NCBI GenBank assembly: GCA_049646385.1
Contig: JBARVS010000527.1
Coordinates: 1 to 51,702, forward strand
Direction of reading: 5' to 3'
Length of the DNA: 51,702 nt
Source of the DNA: Phormidesmis sp.
GTDB lineage: Bacteria > Cyanobacteriota > Cyanobacteriia > Phormidesmidales > Phormidesmidaceae
Part shown: one piece after another, positions 39,902-50,648 of the stretch
Layout of the letters: every line of letters starts with the position of its first letter
Numbering within the stretch: position 1 is the first letter of the stretch
Program-made: the position numbers and the translations under genes
Notes under the pieces: model-generated
The model's input: only the letters and a program-made list of their open reading frames with translations
What the model was told of the DNA's origin: nothing
The model's database searches: none

Positions 39902-40792
39902 ATGACTTTTGAACAAAGCCGACTCCGCTCCGACATCGTAGGCACCCAGGTCATCACTCGCAGCACAGGCCGTCGCTTAGGCGTGGTCAGCCAGCTTTGG
40001 GTTGATTTGGATCGGCTAGAAGTTTTAGCGCTGGGCCTACAGGAGAATATGCTCTCTAAGGTCATCGCCAGTAACGAAAAAGTCATGCTGCTCAGCGAAA
40101 TTCGGCAGATGGGCGACGTGCTGCTCGTTGATGACGACACCGTTTTAGACGCTGATATCAACACGGCTTCTTTTAGCAGCCTGGTTAATAGCGAGGTGAT
40201 TACTGAATCGGGTGAAGTGATTGGCCGGGTGCGAGGATTTAAGTTTGACGTGGTGACAGGCAAGCTAGAAACCATTGTGGTAGCTTCTTTTGGCCTGCCT
40301 CAAATTCCCGATCAGGTAGTGAGCACATACGAGCTACCCGTTGAGGAAATCGTTAGCACTGGCCCTGATCGCATCATTGTGTTTGAAGGCAGCGAAGAAA
40401 AGCTCATCCAGCTCAGCGTTGGCTTACTAGAGCGTTTAGGCTTGGGCAGTGCGCCTTGGGAGCGAGGGCTCAGCGATGGCTACGTGATGCCTGTATCGGC
40501 GTCAAATCAGCTGCCCTCTGGAATTAAAAACGAGGGCAGGCGTGACAGCGCGCGTGAGCGTCCGGTGGTAGAAGAACGCTGGCGTGAAGCGGCTCCGCCT
40601 CGATCAGAGCCTCAGCGAAAGGATGAAAGACCTGCTCCGCCAGCCATTATTGATGCGCCAGTAGCAGATATGGATGTCACGGGCGATCCTTGGGATGATA
40701 CTGACAAGCAGGAAGAACTCATCGAAGTCAAAAAGCCATTGAATATTCCTAAAAAGAAGGTAATGGAATATGAGGAAGAGACTGACTACTAG
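39902..40792 (+). CDS. tandem PRC-barrel domain protein
   Basis: Two PRC-barrel repeats (GTQVITRSTGRRLGVV; NSEVITESGEVIGRV) and an acidic disordered tail; follows smc. Confidence 0.88.
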   Translation: MTFEQSRLRSDIVGTQVITRSTGRRLGVVSQLWVDLDRLEVLALGLQENMLSKVIASNEKVMLLSEIRQMGDVLLVDDDTVLDADINTASFSSLVNSEVITESGEVIGRVRGFKFDVVTGKLETIVVASFGLPQIPDQVVSTYELPVEEIVSTGPDRIIVFEGSEEKLIQLSVGLLERLGLGSAPWERGLSDGYVMPVSASNQLPSGIKNEGRRDSARERPVVEERWREAAPPRSEPQRKDERPAPPAIIDAPVADMDVTGDPWDDTDKQEELIEVKKPLNIPKKKVMEYEEETDY

Positions 40793-40833
40793 CTGACTTT
40801 CTTAGCTCTTTGAAGATCTCTGATATCTATATT

Positions 40834-40865
40834 TTAGGACGGCTGAATGTTAGGACGGCTGAATG
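40834..40865. repeat. 16-bp perfect tandem duplication TTAGGACGGCTGAATG x2
   Basis: Read directly; lies upstream of TATAAT at 40888-93. Confidence 0.85.
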
Positions 40866-40938
40866 CTAGATAGAAGATCGCTCAAGGTATAATCTTACGC
40901 GGCCCGTGTCTACAGATTACCTATATTTAGAGCGGCAA

Positions 40939-41685
40939 ATGGTTGTGGCGGAACAGAAGAAACTTAAAGCGCTGTCGGTGATGGGCCTGCCAGTTCACTA
41001 CACCGATAACTATGTGGACTGGCTAAACCATCGGCTAGCTCAGCACAAGGGCGCTCATGTGGTCACGCTCAATGCTGAGATGTGTATGCAGGCACAAGAA
41101 AACGCGCAGCTTCGTGATTTCATTCGTGAGGCTGACTTAGTGACACCGGATGGATCGGGCATTGAGCTGTACTTTCGGCTGTTGGGCAAGCAGTCTGTGC
41201 AGCGGTATCCCGGCATTGAGCTGGCTGCTGATTTGCTAGAGAGCTTAGGGCCTGATGTTAAGGTTGCTTTTTATGGGGGCAAGCCTGAGGTAGTGATGGC
41301 TGCTGCTGACTATTGGCGGGCTAGATCGCCTCAGCTTAACTTGGTGACTGTGCAGCATGGCTATGCTGCTGGCGTCGCGCTAGACGATTTTATCAATCAG
41401 CTTGCACAGGTGCAGCCTGACCTAATTTTTGTAGGCTTGGGCGTACCGCGTCAGGAGTTTTGGATTGCTGAGCATCGCCACTTGTGTCCTGATGCGGTTT
41501 GGGTGGGGGTTGGCGGCAGCTACGATATTTGGTCGGGCCATAAAACGCGCGCGCCTCAGTGGATGCAAAATGTCCATTTAGAGTGGCTGTATCGGCTGTA
41601 TCAGGAGCCCTGGCGATGGCGGCGAATGTTAGCGCTGCCTCATTTTGTCTGGGCTTCGTTTTGGTACCGACTGCGAAAGGGATAA
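40939..41685 (+). CDS. WecB/TagA/CpsF family glycosyltransferase
   Basis: VVTLNAE, PDGSG, PGIEL, FVGLGVPRQEFW, GVGGSYD, RAP..., EWLYRLYQEPWRWRR. Start at 40939 or 40906. Confidence 0.93.
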   Translation: MVVAEQKKLKALSVMGLPVHYTDNYVDWLNHRLAQHKGAHVVTLNAEMCMQAQENAQLRDFIREADLVTPDGSGIELYFRLLGKQSVQRYPGIELAADLLESLGPDVKVAFYGGKPEVVMAAADYWRARSPQLNLVTVQHGYAAGVALDDFINQLAQVQPDLIFVGLGVPRQEFWIAEHRHLCPDAVWVGVGGSYDIWSGHKTRAPQWMQNVHLEWLYRLYQEPWRWRRMLALPHFVWASFWYRLRKG

Positions 41686-41730
41686 GCTTGGCGTAAGGCT
41701 GGGTCTAAAAAGCGATGGGTGTGGGCATTA

Positions 41731-42546
41731 ATGAAGCGGCGTTGGTTTTTGACAGGGTTAGCACTATCGACCATCGGCGCAGGCTGTAAAACGACCCAAC
41801 AGGGATTAGATGAGGGGAAAGTACCAGCGGATGCTGAGGGTGTTGCAGGTAATCGCGCCACCTCTCCTACGCAGGATCGCACCAAGCTCATAGCCGCCAC
41901 ATCAGCTAACTACCCACCCTATGAGTATCTAGAGACTGATAATAACTCCAGCTTAGCCGGGTTTGATATTGACTTAGCTGGCCTGATTGCTCAGCAGTTA
42001 GGCCGAGAGCTAGAGATGGTTAACCTAGCGTTTGATAAGTTAATTCCAGCGCTGATAAGCAGTGAAGCCGATATGGCGATCGCAGCGCTTGAACCTAACG
42101 ATCTCCGTCAGCAAAGCGTAGATTTTTCTGACGTTTACTATCGCTCTCGGCAGGCGCTAATTTCGGCAGCAGGCTATTTGCGCCCGTTTGATCTCAACTA
42201 CCAAACCATCGGCATTCGCGAAGGCAGCGTTCAGGCCCGCTATACCGAGGGCCTCAGCGCCGAGTATCCAGACCTAAACATCGTCACCTACGGCTCAATA
42301 GACGACGCCTTTGAAGCGTTGGACGCGGGCGCAATCGAAGGCATTTTATTAGAAGCGACCGTGGCTGAAGGCTATCTGCGCCAATATTCTCGCTTTGAGG
42401 CGCAAATCATGCCGAGCGATCAACCCAATGGCAGTGCGATCGCGCTACCCAAAAATTCATCCTTGCGCGGCAATATCAACGCTGCCCTAGCAGACATCAA
42501 AGCCAGCGGCGAAATGGATCGGCTGATTAAAAAATGGTTTAGCTAA
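41731..42546 (+). CDS. polar amino-acid ABC transporter substrate-binding lipoprotein (SBP family 3)
   Basis: Signal MKRRWFLTGLALSTIGAG-C (lipobox); ATSANYPPYE, GFDIDLA, VDFSDVYY, IKKWF. Confidence 0.9.
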   Translation: MKRRWFLTGLALSTIGAGCKTTQQGLDEGKVPADAEGVAGNRATSPTQDRTKLIAATSANYPPYEYLETDNNSSLAGFDIDLAGLIAQQLGRELEMVNLAFDKLIPALISSEADMAIAALEPNDLRQQSVDFSDVYYRSRQALISAAGYLRPFDLNYQTIGIREGSVQARYTEGLSAEYPDLNIVTYGSIDDAFEALDAGAIEGILLEATVAEGYLRQYSRFEAQIMPSDQPNGSAIALPKNSSLRGNINAALADIKASGEMDRLIKKWFS

Positions 42547-42570
42547 TAGATAGATCATCAACTCTGGCTG

Positions 42571-43512
42571 ATGAGAGGGAATACTGTCGAAGCAGCGCAT
42601 CTGTCTTCAGCAATATATCCCTCTGTTAGACCGCTTATGATTTCTATTCTTCCTCGCAAGGCAAAGGTTTCGGCAATTTCGGCGGCTCCGCCTGCATCAT
42701 CTTTTTCAGGCCAGCAGGCTCCATCCGTACCTGATCAGCTATTGCAAGATATGGAGCGCCGGGTAGCTCAGGCCGCCAGCCAGAGGGCCGATCAGCCAGC
42801 CAGTCAGCTAGCTAATCAAAAGAAGACACCGCAAGTTCCATCGGCGGCTCCTATTATTGCCCTAAACCGCGTGTGTAAAACCTATGCCAACGGTGCGCCT
42901 GCGCTGATTGATGTCAATCTCGCCATGCCTAAGGGCGACTTTTTATTCATTACCGGGCCTTCGGGCGCGGGTAAGTCTACCCTGCTCAAAATGCTCTATG
43001 GTCAAGAAAAACCTACCTCAGGCAGCATTCACATCAACGGTCAAGACGTGGGCCAACTGCGGGGCGATCGCCTGGCCATGCTGCGCCGTCGAATTGGCGT
43101 CGTCTATCAGGACTACAAGCTGATTCCGCTGCGTACCGTAGCTGAAAACGTGGCCTTTGTGCTACATGCCCAAGGCTTTAGCCGCAAAGAAATTAACCGC
43201 CGTCTGCCCGTAACGCTCAAAATGGTGGGCCTGCAAGACAAGGGCGATCGCTTTCCTTCTCAGCTATCAGGTGGCGAGCAGCAGCGGGCCAGCATTGCTC
43301 GCGCCGTCGTCGGCACCCCGCCTTTGCTATTGGCCGACGAGCCCACTGGCAATCTAGACAGCGACAACGCCCATCAGGTAATGAACATTTTGCGCAAGCT
43401 CAACAGCATGGGCATTACCGTCATTGTCACCACCCACGATGAAGAAATGGTGCGACAGTTAAGCTATCCTGTGATTCAAATTCGCAGCCATCGCCTTTAC
43501 AACTTTCGATAG
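42571..43512 (+). CDS. ftsE: cell division ATP-binding protein FtsE
   Basis: [49 protein letters not shown]. Low-complexity N-terminal extension; start may be 42638. Confidence 0.85.
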   Translation: MRGNTVEAAHLSSAIYPSVRPLMISILPRKAKVSAISAAPPASSFSGQQAPSVPDQLLQDMERRVAQAASQRADQPASQLANQKKTPQVPSAAPIIALNRVCKTYANGAPALIDVNLAMPKGDFLFITGPSGAGKSTLLKMLYGQEKPTSGSIHINGQDVGQLRGDRLAMLRRRIGVVYQDYKLIPLRTVAENVAFVLHAQGFSRKEINRRLPVTLKMVGLQDKGDRFPSQLSGGEQQRASIARAVVGTPPLLLADEPTGNLDSDNAHQVMNILRKLNSMGITVIVTTHDEEMVRQLSYPVIQIRSHRLYNFR

Positions 43513-43569
43513 CATTTTAGTTAAAAAAATAGTCTATAAAGTTAGCTTGCAGCCTAGTGACTCGCAGCG

Positions 43570-44721
43570 TTAAGCGCCCTTGCTAAACGAATAGCGGTTG
43601 CTCATTGAGACGAGCAAAGTGCTGTATAGCTGCTCTAGCAAAGTGATGTTTTTGCTTAGCGTATAGCGCTCTAATACGCGCACTCTAGCCTTTTTGCCAA
43701 GGAGGGCTGTGATATCTGGATGCTCGCGAAAGAGCGGCAGCAGCGTTTTCATTTGGCTAGAGACCTTCTGCGTACTTAAAATCACGCCAGCGCCTTGATC
43801 TAACACCTCGCCATCTGCGCCTGCATCGGTTGCCACGCAAGCTGTGCCGCAGGCCATGGCCTCTAGCAGCGAGAGTGAGAGCCCTTCTACCAGCGACGGC
43901 AAAATGAAGCAGTCAGCGCCGCGTAAAATTTCAATTCGGCGCTCTTCACTGGCTACAAAGCCGAGCCACACAATATTACTATCTGGATAAAAGGTTTTAA
44001 GCGATCCCTCTAAAGGCCCACTGCCAACGATAACAAGCTTGTTATACGGCCCCATCTCAGCGCTTTTCCAACCCTTTAGCAGCGACTCTACGTTTTTTTC
44101 CATGGCGAGCCTGCCCTGATATACATAGAGCTGATCGGCCCCGAGCTGCTGCTTAATGCTAGAAGGGCCGGGTGCATAGCGGCTGATATCAACCCCGTTA
44201 GGAATGACGGCAACCCGCCCAGCCGGAACGCCTAGCTTCATCAGCAGGTTTCGCTGAATTTGAGAGAAAACGATTACCTTGTCGTAGTTAGCAAGGCGAG
44301 GCGCATAGACCTGATAGGCAAAATGCTGCGTGCTAGAAGAGAGGTTTCGACGCTTTTGGTCAAAAGCGGGGTGGAAGGTCGCAACCAGGGGAATGCCGAG
44401 GCTGTGACAAATTTCGGGCAGCTTTAAATCTAAAGGGGAGAGAATGAGCGAGGCATGTACCAAGTCGGGATTGAGCTTTTCGAGGGTTTCAGCCAGCAGC
44501 CGCGCCGATCCTAGCGTAGGAATCGTCAAAATTTGAGACTTGAAAATAAACGGCAGCGAAACCTCTTCGTAGCCGCACTGATCGTCTGCGGCAGCTTCAG
44601 ACTGGGCAAAATGGATAAAGGTCACTCGATGACCGCGATCTAGCAGTGCATTGGTAATTTCTCTGCCGTAGGTGACGTTGCCACAAAATGGAGATTTTTT
44701 CCCAAGCCACACAATATGCAT
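43570..44721 (-). CDS. dgdA: glycosyltransferase family 4, probable cyanobacterial DGDG synthase (DgdA/Ycf82 type)
   Basis: GT4 motif LPSLVEGLSLSLLEAMACG. The N-terminus MHIVWLGKKSPFCGNVTY matches my recollection of DgdA; orthology is not verified. Confidence 0.65.
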   Translation of the reverse strand: MHIVWLGKKSPFCGNVTYGREITNALLDRGHRVTFIHFAQSEAAADDQCGYEEVSLPFIFKSQILTIPTLGSARLLAETLEKLNPDLVHASLILSPLDLKLPEICHSLGIPLVATFHPAFDQKRRNLSSSTQHFAYQVYAPRLANYDKVIVFSQIQRNLLMKLGVPAGRVAVIPNGVDISRYAPGPSSIKQQLGADQLYVYQGRLAMEKNVESLLKGWKSAEMGPYNKLVIVGSGPLEGSLKTFYPDSNIVWLGFVASEERRIEILRGADCFILPSLVEGLSLSLLEAMACGTACVATDAGADGEVLDQGAGVILSTQKVSSQMKTLLPLFREHPDITALLGKKARVRVLERYTLSKNITLLEQLYSTLLVSMSNRYSFSKGA

Positions 44722-44931
44722 TTGTTGGTCACGATGCTTTATAAAAGGGTTAAAAGTGTATAGGTTAGCCGCTAGCTGACCGCAAATTGATGAATGCGAG
44801 CCAGCTGTTCTACTAACGTTTTTCTAAGCGATTGCTGTTAGTAGTATATGCGCACGAGCCTTTGTATCTAATGTGGCTTTTGTAAAGCGATCGCCATCCT
44901 CTAGCAGGCATAAAGTTGGCACCAAGCTCGA

Positions 44932-46404
44932 TTAAACGACGCTTTCCGGTTCGTTGAGTGATGCCCTCACCAGCGACCAGGTCAAAAATCCGCCCATCGC
45001 GACCAGCATAGCGAGTAGGCCGAACACTGCCCGCAGGCCGATAAAGGTTTCAGCAATACCCGCCAGGGCCAGCGGCAGGCTCAAGGCGATATTGACGACG
45101 TTGTTTTGCAGACCAAACACCTTGCCGCGCATGTCTTCAGGGGTTTCTTCTTGAATGGTTGTTTGCATGGGGATGCCGACCATAGCCCCAAACAGGCCGA
45201 GCCCGCCGATGAGCCCTAAGCTGGGCCATAGCTGCGCCGGGGCCAGAGAAAGCCCGCTGAGCATAACTGCCATCCCCAAGGAGCCAACCAGTCCGAGCTG
45301 CGGCCTAGAAAACCGCTGACCAAACTGGCCAATCATGACGGCCCCAATTGCAAGGCCAACGCCACCTGCTGCCAGCAAAAATCCGAACTGCGAGGAGCGA
45401 ATGGTCGGAATGACCTCTGCGAGTCGAACCGCTAGCACAGCGAGGGCGGCAAACACCGAAAACAGCACAATTAGCTGAATTAAAGCAGCGCGAACCTGCA
45501 CCTGTTTTTGCAGATAGGCAATTCCGTCTTTGATGTCTTCCCAAGGGTGGGCCTGCTCAAGGGTGCGATCAATTTTAGCTTCGTGGGTGGTCATCAGCAG
45601 GAGGAGGATGCCAGCGATCGCATAGCTCACACCCACCAGCACCGACTTGCCTAAACCGCTGCCTCTATCTAACGGTGCCAGCAGGCTATCGGCTAGCGCT
45701 AGCACCGGGTCTCCCACCGCAAACCCAATGATGACAGAGGCCATCATCGTTGTGGTATAAAGCGAATTAGCAGGCAGCAGGTTGCGGTCTTTGACGATGA
45801 GTGGAATCACGGCTTGCTCTGCCGGGGCAAAAAACTGCGTGAGGGTAGATACTAGAAAAGTGACCACCAGCAAAATGTAAAAGCCTACGGGCAACCCAGC
45901 AATATCCCATCCTTTGGTAGCCCACAGTAAGGCAGGTAACACGCCAACGAGCAGGCCGCGCAACAGGTTGGTAAGCACCAGCACAGGCTTTTTACGCCAT
46001 CGATCTACATAGACGCCTGCTAATGAGCCAAACAGCACCGCTGGAATTGTAAAGGCGATCATAATGGCCGATACCCAGCCGCTGATGGTCTGCTCGGGTG
46101 ACTTAAAGCTGGTAGAAATGATCGCAATCATCAGCACCAGATAAATTTTGTCGGCGATTTGAGAGAAGACCTGACCGCCCCACAGGGTGAGAAAGTTGCG
46201 GTTACGAAAAACGGGCCATAGTCCTTCTGGAGCGGACGAGTCGTCGCTTGCGTCAGAAGATAAATGGTGACCGGATACGGGTGTTTTTAACTCGTCATTT
46301 TTGGGCTTATAGTCTTTTATCTGGCGACTCTCTAGCTCAGGGCCGTTGGCATCGCTGTTAGCGTCAGGGTTGGATTCGGAGGTCGGCTCAGACTCGCGCA
46401 GCAT
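44932..46404 (-). CDS. MFS transporter
   Basis: About 12 TMs; [37 protein letters not shown]. Confidence 0.9.
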   Translation of the reverse strand: MLRESEPTSESNPDANSDANGPELESRQIKDYKPKNDELKTPVSGHHLSSDASDDSSAPEGLWPVFRNRNFLTLWGGQVFSQIADKIYLVLMIAIISTSFKSPEQTISGWVSAIMIAFTIPAVLFGSLAGVYVDRWRKKPVLVLTNLLRGLLVGVLPALLWATKGWDIAGLPVGFYILLVVTFLVSTLTQFFAPAEQAVIPLIVKDRNLLPANSLYTTTMMASVIIGFAVGDPVLALADSLLAPLDRGSGLGKSVLVGVSYAIAGILLLLMTTHEAKIDRTLEQAHPWEDIKDGIAYLQKQVQVRAALIQLIVLFSVFAALAVLAVRLAEVIPTIRSSQFGFLLAAGGVGLAIGAVMIGQFGQRFSRPQLGLVGSLGMAVMLSGLSLAPAQLWPSLGLIGGLGLFGAMVGIPMQTTIQEETPEDMRGKVFGLQNNVVNIALSLPLALAGIAETFIGLRAVFGLLAMLVAMGGFLTWSLVRASLNEPESVV

Positions 46405-47488
46405 GGGTTGAAGGGGTAAAGCAGGTGTCTATCAGCGCAGCAGACTTAATGGGTCTGTCAAACTGGTATTGGGCATAGTGTCGGAGCATTTTTTCGATGC
46501 GTTGCCACATTAAGTGTGGGCCAGAATCTTCTGTATAGTCTTCTATAGCTTTTTCTATGGCTGAGTTTACCGCGATTCCGTCCGCTCTTATTGTGCCTGA
46601 TTGCGAGGCGAACTGGGGTGCTGTAGGTGAGGTCATCATCAGCGTTGGCTGGCTGAGCTGCTGCATCAGGGCGAGTTCTGCGGCGCTGAGGTAGCCAACG
46701 ATGCCCAGGTTTCGGGTGACTTCTTTGGCAACTTTGGCCTGCAGCTCTGTAGAAGATTGCTGATTGCGCCACTGGCCGCTGGCTTCTTTGACGCGATCAG
46801 TTTGACCGTCTGCCTGCGCTTCTAAAGCCTTTGAAGAAACCAAAGAACCGCTTTTTTGCTCGTGCCATTCTCGATCTATGTGTTCTATTTCGCTGAGGCG
46901 ATCGCGCTCTATTTTCTTCACTTCATCCAAATCGACTGCGCCTCCAGAAGACACGCTAAAGCCCACTCGCCAGGTGGGATCGCCCAGGCGAGCGGTGAGA
47001 TGCGATCGCGAAAGGCAGCAGCGAAAAACATCTGGAGCAACCCCTGCTAGGGCGAGCAGGTGAAAAGTTGCCTGAGCTAAGCAGGGCAAAATATCGACTT
47101 TAGCAGCCGATTCTAAGCGGCTGAGATGCTCTATAAGCAGGTAGTACAGATCGCCTTGGGGCTGATCGCTGAGCGCCTGAGCTAGGGCAACTTCGGCTAG
47201 GTACTGACTGGCCGTTAGCTTGGCCAGATTTTTGCTTAGCCCTGGAAATGACTTCAGCGTTTCGGCCTGAACCATTTTATCGATGGATTTACCTTTGCTA
47301 AAGAGCAGGTCGTTGACGACAAACAGCCCCGAACGACCCGCCAGCCTGGACTTGTGCTTGCGAGCACCGGGCGCGATCGCTCTAATCAATCCATATTCCT
47401 TGGTCAAAACGGTGACGAGCCGATCGGCTTCACCCATGGGCATGGCCTTGAGATTAATGCCCATAGCCTTGTAGCTACGCTGTTTCAT
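46388..47488 (-). CDS. recO: DNA repair protein RecO
   Basis: [34 protein letters not shown]-terminal RPIKSA. Confidence 0.92.
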   Translation of the reverse strand: MKQRSYKAMGINLKAMPMGEADRLVTVLTKEYGLIRAIAPGARKHKSRLAGRSGLFVVNDLLFSKGKSIDKMVQAETLKSFPGLSKNLAKLTASQYLAEVALAQALSDQPQGDLYYLLIEHLSRLESAAKVDILPCLAQATFHLLALAGVAPDVFRCCLSRSHLTARLGDPTWRVGFSVSSGGAVDLDEVKKIERDRLSEIEHIDREWHEQKSGSLVSSKALEAQADGQTDRVKEASGQWRNQQSSTELQAKVAKEVTRNLGIVGYLSAAELALMQQLSQPTLMMTSPTAPQFASQSGTIRADGIAVNSAIEKAIEDYTEDSGPHLMWQRIEKMLRHYAQYQFDRPIKSAALIDTCFTPSTHAARV

Positions 47489-47569
47489 GGGCGAAAAAAG
47501 TAAATTAAGGATATAGATCGTATCGCTTTGCTCTGTGCTTTGACCTTTCTAGATGTCCGAACAAAGCAA

Positions 47570-48277
47570 TCAATCTGCGTCACTGTCGGCTAGCTGATGC
47601 AAAATATCGACGCCGTAAGAGGTGCCCAGCCGGGTGGCGCCAGCTTCTACCAGCGCGATCGCCTGCTCAGGTGTACGAATGCCGCCCGAGGCTTTAATGC
47701 CGATGCGATCGCCCCCGATTTTTCTCAGCAGCTTCACATCTTCTACGGTCGCGCCGCCCTGCCAGCCCGTACTGGTTTTTAAGAACTGCACGCCCGCATC
47801 CAAGCACACCTCAGCCGCCAGCCGTTTTTCATCGCGGCTCAACAGCCCCATTTCTAAAATGGCTTTCACTGGCTGACCCGTCAGCTCTACAATCGCCGCA
47901 ATATCCGAGTGAAGCCGCTTCGTATCGCCCATTTTCAGCCAGCCTAAGTTAATCACCACGTCTAGCTCACTGGCCCCGTTCTCGACCGCTTCTTGCGCTT
48001 CATACAGCTTGGCTTTAGAGGTGGTTGCCCCGCTGGGAAAGCCAATCACCGTGCATACCTGGGGTTGCTTACTGTGCAACCGCTCTACCGCCGCTATCAC
48101 ATGCATTGGATAAACGCAGACGGTGGCAAATCCGTAGCGCTCTGCCTCATCGCACCGCTGTAAAATTTGCTCAGTCGTGGCCGCTGGCGCTAGCAGCGTG
48201 TGGTCAATTAAAGGCGCAAGGTCAATCTCACGGGCGGCATCCATTCGGCTGGCGTTCATAGGCAAACAATCAAGCAA
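47570..48277 (-). CDS. deoC: deoxyribose-phosphate aldolase
   Basis: [42 protein letters not shown]. Confidence 0.96.
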   Translation of the reverse strand: MLDCLPMNASRMDAAREIDLAPLIDHTLLAPAATTEQILQRCDEAERYGFATVCVYPMHVIAAVERLHSKQPQVCTVIGFPSGATTSKAKLYEAQEAVENGASELDVVINLGWLKMGDTKRLHSDIAAIVELTGQPVKAILEMGLLSRDEKRLAAEVCLDAGVQFLKTSTGWQGGATVEDVKLLRKIGGDRIGIKASGGIRTPEQAIALVEAGATRLGTSYGVDILHQLADSDAD

Positions 48278-48494
48278 TAAATTTATAAGGCAAGATGAAT
48301 TTATAGAGCTTTTACAGGAAATTACTGAACCTTGATGCTAAAAAAGCCTACCTTGCGTTTATATATGGACAGTACCTTAAACCGCTCAGTGATTCCATTA
48401 TCTCTGACGTAAGGGGAAAATAGCCGATGTGACGGGCAATCTTGATACATCCGCTTGTTTTTTTCCTAACCTTTTATCCAGCTCCTGCTTTGCC

Positions 48495-49475
48495 ATGGCC
48501 GACCTGCTGATTTCAGCGATTATTTGCACCCATAACCGAGAGCAATATCTAGGCGCTGCCATTGATAGCCTGCTGGCTCAAACGTTAGGCCAAACCTCAG
48601 GCCAAACCTCAGACAGCTACGAAATTATTGTGGTAGATAACGCTTCTACCGATAGCACGGCTGATATTGTCAAAGCTCGCCTAGCAGCGGCTGGCGGCTC
48701 TAAGCTGCGTTACATACACGAGCCTAAATTAGGGCTCTCGGTAGCTCGCAATACTGGCGCGAACGCAGCCAAAGGGCAGATTTTGGCCTATTTAGATGAT
48801 GATGCTGAAGCGAGTCAGGGCTGGCTAGCTGAGCTGGTGGCCGTGTTTAACGCGCAGGAAAAGGTAGCGATCGCAGGCGGTAAAATTACGCTAATTTGGC
48901 CACCGCAGGCACAGCCACCCAGCTGGCTATCAGATGACCTATCTGGCAGCCTGGGCGCTTACGACCTGGGCGACGAGCAAATTTATATTCAGCAGCCATC
49001 ACTAACCCCTCGCGGGCTAAACTATGCGGTTCGCAAGCAGTTTTTGCAGGCGGTGGGCGGCTTTGATACGCATTTGGGCCGAGTGGGTAAAAATTTGCTC
49101 TCTAACGAGGAGCAGCAGCTTACTCGCATAGCACTCGATCAAGGCTGGCAGGTCGCCTATGTACCATCGGCGCTGGTGGCTCACAACGTTGCACCCGCGC
49201 GGATGAAACCGGGCTGGTTTTTGAGCCGGAGCTGGTGGCAGGGCATTAGCGAAAGCTATCGGGAGCAGGCGAGCGGAACCACCGGGCTATGGCAGTTGCG
49301 CAGCGGGGGCGAGCGGCTGGTGCGAGGGGCTTATAAAACGGTGAAGTATATTCATCGGCCCAAGCAGCGGTTTGAAAACTTAGCCTATGCTTATGGGCAA
49401 ATTGCCTATTTGGGTAGCGTGATGGGGTATTTGATGCGGCAGCGATCGCGGCGCTCGGCAGGAATGTCGGGATGA
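48495..49475 (+). CDS. glycosyltransferase family 2
   Basis: ISAIICTHNR, IIVVDNAST, GLSVARN, YLDDD, LSNEE. Likely ATG at 48495. Confidence 0.92.
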   Translation: MADLLISAIICTHNREQYLGAAIDSLLAQTLGQTSGQTSDSYEIIVVDNASTDSTADIVKARLAAAGGSKLRYIHEPKLGLSVARNTGANAAKGQILAYLDDDAEASQGWLAELVAVFNAQEKVAIAGGKITLIWPPQAQPPSWLSDDLSGSLGAYDLGDEQIYIQQPSLTPRGLNYAVRKQFLQAVGGFDTHLGRVGKNLLSNEEQQLTRIALDQGWQVAYVPSALVAHNVAPARMKPGWFLSRSWWQGISESYREQASGTTGLWQLRSGGERLVRGAYKTVKYIHRPKQRFENLAYAYGQIAYLGSVMGYLMRQRSRRSAGMSG

Positions 49476-49645
49476 TAGAGCCTGCCAGATTTATGAATTA
49501 GGTAGACTTACCGGATTGGTGTGCTTGATGTGTGTTAGTTGGAAAGTAAGCCTCTCATTAAGGCTGTGTGGGTTGGGTTAGGGAGTGGAGATACTGGCTC
49601 TACGATTTGTTGATTTTTTACTGTTAACTTTTTTCTTTGATCGCT

Positions 49646-50590
49646 ATGACATCTACTTCTATTCCCGTTTCTGTGCTCATTCCTGCTAAAAACGAGCAAG
49701 AAAATTTACCAGCTTGTTTGGCGAGTTTGGCCCAGGCTGATGAAGTATTTGTGGTGGATTCTCAAAGCGAGGATGGCTCGGTTGAAATTGCCGAGAGCTT
49801 GGGCGCTAAGGTGGTTCAGTTTGATTTCAACGGACGCTGGCCCAAAAAGAAGAACTGGTCGCTAGATAATTTGCCTTTTCGCAATGAGTGGGTGCTCATT
49901 GTTGACTGCGATGAGCGAATTACGCCAGAGTCTTGGGCCGAAATTGCCGAGCGCATCAAAAATCCAGACCTAGATGGCTATTACATCAATCGTCGGGTGT
50001 TTTTCCTAGGTAAGTGGATTCGTCACGGCGGCAAATATCCTGACTGGAACCTGCGCTTGTTTCGCCACGCCAAGGGCCGCTACGAAAACCTCAACACCGA
50101 AGACATTCGCAATACGGGCGATAATGAAGTGCATGAGCATGTCATGATCCCCCATGAAAAGGTGGGCTATCTCAAAGAAGATATGCTGCATGAAGACTTT
50201 CGCGACTTGTATCACTGGCTGGCTCGCCACAATCGCTACTCTAACTGGGAAGCGCAGGTGTATTACAACCTGCTCACCGGGATGGGCGATGATGGCACCA
50301 TTGGCGGCAACTTGTTTGGAGACGCGGTGCAGCGCAAGCGATTTCTTAAAAAGATTTGGGTGCGACTGCCCTTTAAGCCGCTGCTGCGCTTTGTGCTGTT
50401 TTATATTTTGCGACTGGGCTTTTTAGATGGCTATGCGGGCTATGTGTATGGCCGCTTGCTCAGCCAGTACGAATATCAAATTGGCGTCAAGCTATACGAG
50501 CTTAAGTTCGGGGGTAGCCTTAATATTCAACAGCACCCTGAGCCTGTGCAAACTCACCTAGCTGAGCATAAAGTTCCGGTAAGCAACTGA
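49646..50590 (+). CDS. glycosyltransferase family 2
   Basis: VSVLIPAKNE, VVDSQSED, WVLIVDCDE, EVHEH, GFLDG. Confidence 0.92.
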   Translation: MTSTSIPVSVLIPAKNEQENLPACLASLAQADEVFVVDSQSEDGSVEIAESLGAKVVQFDFNGRWPKKKNWSLDNLPFRNEWVLIVDCDERITPESWAEIAERIKNPDLDGYYINRRVFFLGKWIRHGGKYPDWNLRLFRHAKGRYENLNTEDIRNTGDNEVHEHVMIPHEKVGYLKEDMLHEDFRDLYHWLARHNRYSNWEAQVYYNLLTGMGDDGTIGGNLFGDAVQRKRFLKKIWVRLPFKPLLRFVLFYILRLGFLDGYAGYVYGRLLSQYEYQIGVKLYELKFGGSLNIQQHPEPVQTHLAEHKVPVSN

Positions 50591-50648
50591 AGCAACCGTT
50601 AGGGAAAGTAGCCAAACTCAGCGAGTATAAAGACAAACAAGGGTTAGT

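Noticed and set aside
39754..40275. 173-aa antisense ORF and the many other short antisense/overlapping ORFs in the track
   Set aside because: They lie opposite or inside well-supported genes, have Ser/Arg-rich shadow composition and lack motifs.
41731..43512. SBP + ATPase as a complete amino-acid ABC importer
   Set aside because: There is no permease, and the ATPase has FtsE-type signatures ([14 protein letters not shown]) rather than GlnQ-type.
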